Virus record (IMG/VR): IMGVR_UViG_3300002038_000006
Location: 1-23,479 of that record
DNA: 23,479 bases
Source: a virus
Reading direction: 5' to 3' (one strand)
Of the stretch, positions 15,905 through 23,479 are shown piece by piece (positions within the stretch are counted from its first letter, which is position 1; every line of letters begins with the position of its first letter). Position numbers and translations under genes: made by a program. The notes under the pieces are model-generated. The model was not told the DNA's origin, ran no database searches, and saw only the letters and a program-made list of their open reading frames with translations.

Positions 15905-17976
15905 TATAGTTCCTCAATATTTGAAATACGAACTGGTGCACTACTACCAGACGTTAATTGATTGCTTTGTTCTACGACCTTAAAGTCTAGACCAATAGAA
16001 AGACTGTGGTGATTCTTTATGGTATCGTCGTAAGCGTATTGCATCATGGTCAAAGGGTCATCTGAATTCAGGTGATGACGTATCTTACTAACCGGTGCTA
16101 CCCTATTAAGAGTAGTCTCCTGCGTAATTTTTGAATAGTGCTTTGTCCGCATATCGCTACTTCTAACAGTAGGCCAGTCGGTACGCTTTAACTCTACCTC
16201 ATTCGTTGTTTGAATGAATTGTAAATCGTAACTACATAAACGTTTCATTGCTGAAAGCATTGCAGTCTGTAACTCTTTAAGAGATTGTCCAGCATTGGCA
16301 TCAGTACCAGTAGCGGCAGCTAATATCTCATTAGCCATAATCTCAGAGTCGGCAGCAGATAGAGTATCTAACGATAAACCATTTTCAATCATCCAGTCAC
16401 GGAAGTCGGTAACCTCGAAGACGGCACGATAATCACGGAAGCAATAATCGATAGTCTTTGCGTACTCACCATGACTACGGAAGTCTTCAACAGCCCCAAG
16501 GAAATTACGGTGCTTTATAATAGCTTCCATAATTTCTTCACATGACGCATAGAAATCTTCAGTGTTGGTGTAGAGTTCTAGACTTGGAACAGCTGCAATT
16601 AAATCTCTAACTGTAGCTTCTTCAACGTAATTAGCATCTAGGTACTTCATTACGTCTGTCCAAACGAAATACTCAGTTCTTACTGTACGGTCACAGAACA
16701 CATCGGGCATAGTTGTTAAAGTAACGCCATGTGCTTTGTTATAACAATAAAAATACGCAATAACCGCATCCTTTGAACTTAACCTCATGGTATTATTGGT
16801 GTACGGGTTAGACACGCTTATATAAGCATTGTATCTTCCTGTAGCTGCCCAATCTATCCAGTGGTTAAATAGAATGTCACCTATCGTGATTGGTAAAGAA
16901 CCAGAAACATCAACTGCTTCAGATTCCAATACTTTAGTTGGTAACGAGTCACTTGCAGAATCAACGATACGTTGAGTAATATCAGCTTCGTCTCTAACCT
17001 GATGGTCTATGTTCCACAGACCTAGTTCTTCTTCAAGTCTCAGTACCTGTCCGATAGTACGTTCTACTTCCTCAGCATAGTGATTGTTTAGAGGAGTTCT
17101 ACGAATACGAGGCTTAGGTTTATTATCGCCCTCAAGTATTTCATCCACGGTATGTTCTATACGGTGACCATAAATACTTAATCCACGTTCAGTAAGGAAG
17201 TTATGAATTAACTCTTCAAATATTTCCTGCTTACCAACGTTGGCTTCTAAGAACCTAATGTTACGGTACAGCCAATGGGCTTGTCTGAAAGTAAAATACT
17301 CTCTAAAGTCGTCCATAGCCGAGTGACTAGCAAGGTAACTCCAAATATGATACGTATGTACCATTTCACTATGACAGTTAGCTAGTCTTATGTTCAATAC
17401 CCTAAGGGGCATATTTAGATAAAGTATGCCTAACAGGCTAGGTGTAAACAGTTCGTCGGTGATGGAGTAACCATCTACGTCGTAACGAAATGCAAAACCA
17501 TTTATCCAATTCTGGAGTTCAGGAATAACATTAGTTTCCTGTGCTTCCAATAAGCTACTATCCCAATTAAGAATAGTGAAGTCGTCCGCCGCAACCGCAG
17601 TGTCAATATCAACTGGGTTTATAATGCCGCGAATCAATTCTTCCTGTTCAGGATAGTTAAGAACCAATTGTTCGTAGTAGTCACTTTGTAGAGTGTACTC
17701 CTTACGAGTAGTTTTATGTAACTCAAGATTGGCCTTGGTAAATTCGATTGTTTCTAAAGTATCAAGAGATGTCACAGTCATTACCGTATCGGTAGCGTGA
17801 TATTCTCCACCTAAGTTAAGAAAGTACTTCCATTTATGAGTCTCCGTCTCTGGTTGATAACCAATTTCGGTAAGATAAACATTAATGGCCTCTGCGGTTT
17901 TCTGTGATTTAATAACCATAGATTTGCAGAGTTTGATAGTATCGTTCTTAAATAATAAGAAATAGTTATTACTCAC
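15904..17976 (-). CDS. Virion structural protein (phiKZ gp128-like, putative baseplate)
   Basis: 690 aa with WKYFLNL.GEYH..D..M.V.SLDT.E.I.F, IRLANC....VH.YHIW.YL.SH and LPTKVLES. Divergent from the portal, as recalled for phiKZ-like synteny. Confidence 0.7.
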   Translation of the reverse strand: MSNNYFLLFKNDTIKLCKSMVIKSQKTAEAINVYLTEIGYQPETETHKWKYFLNLGGEYHATDTVMTVTSLDTLETIEFTKANLELHKTTRKEYTLQSDYYEQLVLNYPEQEELIRGIINPVDIDTAVAADDFTILNWDSSLLEAQETNVIPELQNWINGFAFRYDVDGYSITDELFTPSLLGILYLNMPLRVLNIRLANCHSEMVHTYHIWSYLASHSAMDDFREYFTFRQAHWLYRNIRFLEANVGKQEIFEELIHNFLTERGLSIYGHRIEHTVDEILEGDNKPKPRIRRTPLNNHYAEEVERTIGQVLRLEEELGLWNIDHQVRDEADITQRIVDSASDSLPTKVLESEAVDVSGSLPITIGDILFNHWIDWAATGRYNAYISVSNPYTNNTMRLSSKDAVIAYFYCYNKAHGVTLTTMPDVFCDRTVRTEYFVWTDVMKYLDANYVEEATVRDLIAAVPSLELYTNTEDFYASCEEIMEAIIKHRNFLGAVEDFRSHGEYAKTIDYCFRDYRAVFEVTDFRDWMIENGLSLDTLSAADSEIMANEILAAATGTDANAGQSLKELQTAMLSAMKRLCSYDLQFIQTTNEVELKRTDWPTVRSSDMRTKHYSKITQETTLNRVAPVSKIRHHLNSDDPLTMMQYAYDDTIKNHHSLSIGLDFKVVEQSNQLTSGSSAPVRISNIEEL

Positions 17977-18009
17977 AGGTCCTCCGTTTCAATTAGAAGG
18001 AGTATTAGG

Positions 18010-20646
18010 ATGTCCAAAGAAAATAAGGACGCCGTTCTCAAAAGATATGACCCCAAAGCAAAGCGTTTCGATGCTTCTACACTTCGTAGAAAATTGGTAG
18101 GTCAATCTGGTAACGTCGAAGGGCGCAGAGTCGGTAGTCCCCAGTATGATGTAGACAAGTCGTCTACTCGCAGAGTGGTAGATTCTACTGCTGAACATAT
18201 CACTGATGTCAAGTCGGTGTTTGAAATATTACCAGATACCAAACTGGCTATGGATATCTTAGTATCTTGTATCATGTCACCAAACGATATGATTTCAAAT
18301 GAACTGTTATTCCGTGTTAAAGAAAGCACAGTAGATGATGACATAGCTCCAATACTATTAGGGGTTATAGAGAAGTACTTTACTGATGACGTTAACCTAG
18401 CTAAGATGTGTGTTCCTGCATTGGAAGACATGTTATTCAAAACTGGTAGTTATCCTGTCATAGCGGTTCCTCGTTCAAGCATTGACGGTATCATTAACGG
18501 TCAGTCTGTTTCATTAGAAAGTCTACAAGAAGATTTCGATGAAGAGTTCAACGTTAAGAACTTAGGTTTCCTATCACATGCCAAACCGGATGATGATAAG
18601 GCCAAGGTATCATTAGAGAACATGGCAGCAGCGGCTAGTCGTAACTCCGGCCAGATAGCAGTAAACACGTACCTTACTTTAGTGGATAACCCCACTGTAC
18701 TTAAGAAACCATTGTTATCTGAACGTATCCGCGAAGAACGTAGTCGTGACCTACTTGGTCTGATGAATTATCACGGAACTAAGTCTGTGGTATCTGTTGA
18801 GTCTACCGAAGACTCCAGCGTGATGATAGATAAAGATGTAGTTCTTTACAACAAACGTAAGTTTAAGAAATCACCTTTCATGGAGTTGATGGACTGTAAA
18901 GAAATAGATGATGAAGAACCTATCTTCTTCCATCCGCCGTCTGAATCAATCATTCCAATTAACGTACCGGGTGATGTTACTCGTAAAGTTGGTTACTTTG
19001 TAGTACTTGACGATGCTGGTAATCCAGTAAGTGTTGCTTCTAGCCGTAAGCATTGGGACCGTTTAAAGACCCAAGCTGAAAGTAATAAAGACTCTACTGA
19101 GATAACTCGTATACGTGAACAGTTGTTTGGTCAAACTGAACACAAAGACATTAAGACAGTGAATGAACTCCACAAAGCTTATGTCACCCATCTAGAGCGT
19201 CGTTTACATACGGCTCTTAAAGAAGGTGTACATGGCGATGATGTAGAAGTAGAAATCTCTGGCGATGCAGAAATGTTAATGATGACACGTGCCCTAGGTC
19301 GAATGAAAACACAGCTTCTTTATATTCCTAAAGAGTTGATGGTTTACATGGCGTTCGATTATAATGAACTAGGTGTTGGTAAATCATTGTTAGAGACAAC
19401 TAAGATTATCTCTTCAATGCGTGCTATGCTTTTACTTGCTAATACACAAGCTAGTATGCGTAACTCAACTCCGGGTACATTGTTAGACATTGAACTAGAC
19501 CCACTTGACAAAGACCCTGATGCGACTATTGAAAAAATCCTTACTCTTCGTGAACAAGCAGCCTTAGGCTCTTATCCGATTGGTAACTTGGACTTAACCA
19601 ATATTGCTAACTCACTAAACCGCTCTAATGTTCAGGTATCTGTATCTAACCACCCTGCTTACCCGCAGACTAAGATTAAGAGTGAAGATGTATCTCGCTC
19701 AGTCGCTACGGTTGATACTGATATAGAAGACCGTCTACGTGATAGACATCATCAAGGTTGGGGTGTTACCCCAGAAATGATTGATGCTACCAAAGACACG
19801 GACTTCGCTGCTAACATTGTCATGGGTAATAAACTCATGGTTAAGCGTGTATCAGTTTATCAAGGTATATTCACTCCGTTCCTTACGGAAATCGTTGAAT
19901 TGTTCGCAAGACTATCTCCTAAGATTCAACAGGAGTTAGTTGATAAGCTAAACGAATCTGAAGTTAAGTTACCTAAAGACACGACTATCGAAGAAGTTAT
20001 TACTAATTTCTTAGAGAACGTTGAAGTAACTCTACCGTCACCTGATTCGTCTAAAGTAGTAACACAGTTAGAAGAGTTAAGCTCTTACATTGAAATACTG
20101 GATACTGCGTTAGAAGCTTACTTCTCTGAAGATATCATGGATGGCGTTGTAGACACAGAACTAGAAGATAGTATTGTATCTACCCAAGCAGCTATTCGTG
20201 CATTCTTTATTCGTAACTGGATTCGTAATAACAACGTACTTCCAGAAATCGAAGCAATGTTTGTTGTGGATAGTGGAGAAGCCATTCTTGAACAACATAC
20301 TGAGTTCGTGCAGGACATTTTGAAAATAATGTCTGAGAAAATGCTTAAGACTACTAAGGTAGGTCGTAAACATGAACAAGATGCTGAGAAGGCCATTGAA
20401 AAGGAAGAAGAGGAAGCTGAACGAAAAGCTCAGGAAGAAGAGGACGCACTTGATGCTACACAAGCAGAACAGGACAACCAGAGTGACGATGACTTAGCTG
20501 ACACCGATAACCTTGACGATGCCGATAACCAAGATGATGAATTAGCTGAAGGTGATGATGCTGTACCAGATGCTGGTGCGGAACCAACTCCAGATGAAGG
20601 CGCAGATGGCGACGTATCGGAACAAGACATCGTTCCTGACGCATAG
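18010..20646 (+). CDS. Probable portal protein (phiKZ gp129-like)
   Basis: 878 aa with LPD..LA..ILVS.I.SPNDM, LF..GSYP, P.ES.IP..VPG....VGYFV.LD..GNP and an acidic disordered C-tail. AGGAG RBS; synteny supports the call. Confidence 0.7.
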   Translation: MSKENKDAVLKRYDPKAKRFDASTLRRKLVGQSGNVEGRRVGSPQYDVDKSSTRRVVDSTAEHITDVKSVFEILPDTKLAMDILVSCIMSPNDMISNELLFRVKESTVDDDIAPILLGVIEKYFTDDVNLAKMCVPALEDMLFKTGSYPVIAVPRSSIDGIINGQSVSLESLQEDFDEEFNVKNLGFLSHAKPDDDKAKVSLENMAAAASRNSGQIAVNTYLTLVDNPTVLKKPLLSERIREERSRDLLGLMNYHGTKSVVSVESTEDSSVMIDKDVVLYNKRKFKKSPFMELMDCKEIDDEEPIFFHPPSESIIPINVPGDVTRKVGYFVVLDDAGNPVSVASSRKHWDRLKTQAESNKDSTEITRIREQLFGQTEHKDIKTVNELHKAYVTHLERRLHTALKEGVHGDDVEVEISGDAEMLMMTRALGRMKTQLLYIPKELMVYMAFDYNELGVGKSLLETTKIISSMRAMLLLANTQASMRNSTPGTLLDIELDPLDKDPDATIEKILTLREQAALGSYPIGNLDLTNIANSLNRSNVQVSVSNHPAYPQTKIKSEDVSRSVATVDTDIEDRLRDRHHQGWGVTPEMIDATKDTDFAANIVMGNKLMVKRVSVYQGIFTPFLTEIVELFARLSPKIQQELVDKLNESEVKLPKDTTIEEVITNFLENVEVTLPSPDSSKVVTQLEELSSYIEILDTALEAYFSEDIMDGVVDTELEDSIVSTQAAIRAFFIRNWIRNNNVLPEIEAMFVVDSGEAILEQHTEFVQDILKIMSEKMLKTTKVGRKHEQDAEKAIEKEEEEAERKAQEEEDALDATQAEQDNQSDDDLADTDNLDDADNQDDELAEGDDAVPDAGAEPTPDEGADGDVSEQDIVPDA

Positions 20647-20648
20647 TC

Positions 20649-20700
20649 AAAAAAAAAAATAAAGGGCATAAAGTAGGGAGGCTAGCGCCTCCCCGCTTAT
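20649..20700. terminator. Bidirectional terminator between convergent genes
   Basis: GGGAGGC-TAGC-GCCTCCC at 20676-20693 with a flanking A-tract and GGCATAAA. Confidence 0.8.
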
Positions 20701-20741
20701 GACGTAATGACTGAAATTACCACACCCTGCATAAAGCAAGA

Positions 20742-21044
20742 CTAGTAAACCATGATTACACCTTTGTCGGTGCGTACACGGCCAGCTACAACGTTAGGCT
20801 TGTTAGCGCGATGCATTGCAAACGCGTGGAAACCTTGAGCTTTAAGTGCTTTAACGTTGTCGACGTTACGTTTACCATCTTCGCCTAACATAAAGTTAGT
20901 GATACCGGCAATCAAGCCCGGCCAGCGTTGGTCTACGTAGGCTACATCAACTTCGCCTTCGCTTTTCATTGGTAGATTAGTATCGGCATTTACTTCGCCT
21001 AACTTAGCTACTATTTCCTCTATCAACATAGTGGGAATCTCCAT
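20742..21044 (-). CDS. Hypothetical protein
   Basis: 100 aa ORF. An alternative ATG at 21029 has a GGAG RBS. Confidence 0.75.
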   Translation of the reverse strand: MEIPTMLIEEIVAKLGEVNADTNLPMKSEGEVDVAYVDQRWPGLIAGITNFMLGEDGKRNVDNVKALKAQGFHAFAMHRANKPNVVAGRVRTDKGVIMVY

Positions 21045-21143
21045 AATGCATTGGAATTAGGTTGTACAAAAAAGACATGATGCAGAGCTCACGACCTTAG
21101 CGTTCAGGACTAGCATAGTATAGGTTAAAAAAAGAATGGTTTA

Positions 21144-21359
21144 TTACAAACCATTCAGTAACTCCCTACCCACATCATTGTAGGGGAGGAGTATATATCC
21201 ACGATGTGGTTTAGTATCTAGAGCTTTAACACGGTTCTGTACTGTACCAAGTCCAAGATGTAGGACTAAGGCTTCATGTTTCCGATTATAACATCTTTGC
21301 TTCATTGAGTTCCAACTGCTGTAGCCGGGAGTCCCTCTTCTAGTTTTATATTCTTCCAC
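21144..21359 (-). pseudogene. HNH homing endonuclease remnant (internal deletion)
   Basis: TPGYSSWNSMKQRCYN.K is the N-terminal motif of the phage HNH family normally followed by YGGRGI...DR...NC.W, which is absent here. The RBS (GAGG) is intact. Confidence 0.65.
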
Positions 21360-21431
21360 TTATAGTACCTCTAAATACTTAATACACCTAGATGATATAT
21401 GTCTAAGATTTAGTATAGGTTAAATTAGAAC

Positions 21432-21456
21432 AAAAAAAATAAAGGGCGTAAGCCCT
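21432..21456 (-). terminator. Intrinsic terminator
   Basis: AGGGC-TTAC-GCCCT followed by TTATTTTTTTT on the - strand. Confidence 0.8.
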
Positions 21457-21480
21457 CTATTTAATTTGCGTCACTACAAC

Positions 21481-23479
21481 TTAAGACACTTTAGAGAAAG
21501 CGTAAGTTTTAGCAACAGCACCAAGTTTACAGATTTGGTAAGTAACACCATCAGCAAGACGTAAACTGAAGTCACTGATTTCTGTCTTAGTAAGACGAGA
21601 GAATACAGTTTGAACAGCTTCGTGTAAACCACTATGTGAAGAATCACGTACGTAGAATAACTCATCGCTTTCAGCTGAGATATTTAACTCAGATAACGTG
21701 TATGGTAATGCTAGAATGTAACGTGAACGCTCTAACAATAATAAGTTATCAGTAGTCTTAGGAATTGAATCACCTAAAGACGCGATAGCTTCATCACGCA
21801 TTGCATCCGGAACAGTGCGAATGTTGTTACGCATAATGCGAGACAATTCTTCAGCAAACTGGTCAGCCATTTTACCTGAACGATTTTCACGAATGTAATC
21901 TTCTACATCTACGATATCGTCAAAGTCAGTGATGTTTAACTCTGCATCCAATTGAACTTCCAATAGGTAACAAACATCTTTAAGGATGTGACCAGATACC
22001 CATAACTGCATTGTGCGAGGTAACGTACCTAACGTTTCAACGTATGTGTCAAAACGCTCAGATGTGATACTACCCATACCAGTTACAACTGATAGTTCAA
22101 AACCTTCAGGCATTACAAACGGCGTAACTAACTTGTCGTATGTTTCAATAGACTTGTCAACGCTGTCTTGTGTCTGTACCTTAATAGATGCAGCAGTAAA
22201 TTCTGAAGTTTCACCTGAAGTATAAGTACCACGACTTTCATCAATGGTCTTACCACGATGCTTAGACACCATACCTTCGTCACCAACTTTATCGGCTAGT
22301 GTAGTCATTGCAGCTGGCTTAACCACATGTTTAGGATGTACGGCCGCTACTGGCCCGCTTAATGTGTGACTTACATAATCCATTTCCGTGTCCCCTTTAT
22401 TTACCGGAATAGTTTTAGATACGATTAACTGTTTCTCGTAATCCGCCCAGATATAGTCTAGTAGGATTGTATCAGCATCGTACGCTAGTTTAGTATCGAA
22501 CGCATCATCTGTCTTAACAACTTCGATGTCGGTTTGTCCGTATGGCAATACCAATACGTTATCCGCATCATTCTTACCAGTGATGATTGCAACCTTAGGT
22601 AAGAACTCACCAAATACTGCTTTAGCAACTGGGCTAAGTACAGGACATTTGATGTCAGTAACAGGACGACCATCTGAAGTTGATTGCAATGGTGTATTAA
22701 CATTTACTTCGTGCGGCATGTCGTTGCTTCCTGTGTTGTTATCGATAAAGGTTGAAGTAGGTTCTTCTTTAACTGTCCACTCAGTAGTTTCTACACCCTG
22801 AGGTAACATTTCATCAAGTGGATTTACCTGAGGCTTATTCAAGTTCTCGGCTGCTTGCTGTTGGGTAGATTTAGTTCCCCAACCGCTTGAAGTTGGACCC
22901 GGTCCTTTACTTGCCACAGAGCGAGGTTGCCATTTAGAGTCAACTGGCTGCTGCTTTGCGGCAGGTGCACTATGTTGTTCGTAGGCAGATGTAGTGGTAC
23001 GAATACCTGCTGCATTACGAGACGACACTGGTTGTTGAGCATTATCGTTAAAGAAACCAGAACGATTAGTACCGCTAACTTGTTGGCTGTTTCCCCAAGA
23101 CTTAGCAGGTTGCGAGTTATTAGCAAACATACTTCCGCCTTGTTGTTGATTAAAACCACCTTGCTGGACAAAGCCGCCTTGTTGCTGTTGGAAACCACCA
23201 TTTTGTTGGAAACCCGTTCGATTTGTTTGACCCATTAGCTGGTCAGCTCTTCCTTTCCATTCCAATGCGCGAGATTGGTATTGTTGAGGGAGAACCTGTT
23301 GAGCTACTGTAGGGTTATCACACCAGCGTATACCTGCATCCATTTCTAGAATAGGTAACACTACATCGTTTTGGAAGTTATTACTATTACGACTTTCCGC
23401 AACAGTACACATACGAGCTACGCATTTAGCGAAGTCTTGATTTTCAAAGTTGTTGACACTAAGAATGTTCCAAGATGGA
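21481..23479 (-). CDS. Large hypothetical protein with Gln/Gly/Phe low-complexity region (5'-partial)
   Basis: The frame stays open upstream of ATG 23412 to the window edge (PSWNILSVNNFENQDFAKCVARM...). GGFxQQ repeats and a long disordered linker precede a folded C-terminal region. Confidence 0.8.
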   Translation of the reverse strand, partial: PSWNILSVNNFENQDFAKCVARMCTVAESRNSNNFQNDVVLPILEMDAGIRWCDNPTVAQQVLPQQYQSRALEWKGRADQLMGQTNRTGFQQNGGFQQQQGGFVQQGGFNQQQGGSMFANNSQPAKSWGNSQQVSGTNRSGFFNDNAQQPVSSRNAAGIRTTTSAYEQHSAPAAKQQPVDSKWQPRSVASKGPGPTSSGWGTKSTQQQAAENLNKPQVNPLDEMLPQGVETTEWTVKEEPTSTFIDNNTGSNDMPHEVNVNTPLQSTSDGRPVTDIKCPVLSPVAKAVFGEFLPKVAIITGKNDADNVLVLPYGQTDIEVVKTDDAFDTKLAYDADTILLDYIWADYEKQLIVSKTIPVNKGDTEMDYVSHTLSGPVAAVHPKHVVKPAAMTTLADKVGDEGMVSKHRGKTIDESRGTYTSGETSEFTAASIKVQTQDSVDKSIETYDKLVTPFVMPEGFELSVVTGMGSITSERFDTYVETLGTLPRTMQLWVSGHILKDVCYLLEVQLDAELNITDFDDIVDVEDYIRENRSGKMADQFAEELSRIMRNNIRTVPDAMRDEAIASLGDSIPKTTDNLLLLERSRYILALPYTLSELNISAESDELFYVRDSSHSGLHEAVQTVFSRLTKTEISDFSLRLADGVTYQICKLGAVAKTYAFSKVS

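Noticed and set aside
20380-20646. Acidic tail of the portal as a novel domain
   Set aside because: Disordered acidic tails are ordinary in large-phage portal and head proteins.
9082-20744. TAG stop-codon recoding
   Set aside because: TAG ends well-formed genes just before terminators (e.g. 9082, 20646, 20742), and the long core genes are uninterrupted in the standard code.
17989-23238. Short antisense or overlapping ORFs within the portal and the last gene
   Set aside because: They overlap long, well-supported CDSs and lack independent signals.

Overview
Structural/late-gene region of a phiKZ-like jumbo myophage (probably Chimalliviridae, host probably a gammaproteobacterium; both inferred from gene content). 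The left 8.4 kb is a + strand module with two very long Thr/Ser-rich fibre-like genes carrying a regular aromatic-x-Thr register. The first is 5'-truncated by the window. The second has a phiKZ-type virion anchor domain and is split by a -1 frameshift at ~6374-6380. Between them lie a degenerate GT-B/KpsS-like gene and a radical SAM enzyme with a twitch/SPASM-like tail. This fibre-enzyme-enzyme-fibre cassette is the best candidate for an undescribed system (post-translational modification of virion fibres). Next come a GH108 endolysin, an accessory - strand block (membrane-protein paralog pair with one copy broken, an HExxH protein, hypotheticals), a 3TM-family holin, thymidylate kinase, RuvC, two virion structural genes divergent from the probable portal, an HNH remnant, and a 5'-truncated protein with a GGFxQQ low-complexity region. 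Many intrinsic terminators are visible. No tRNA, rRNA or CRISPR array was seen. Family assignments come from motif recognition, not database searches.
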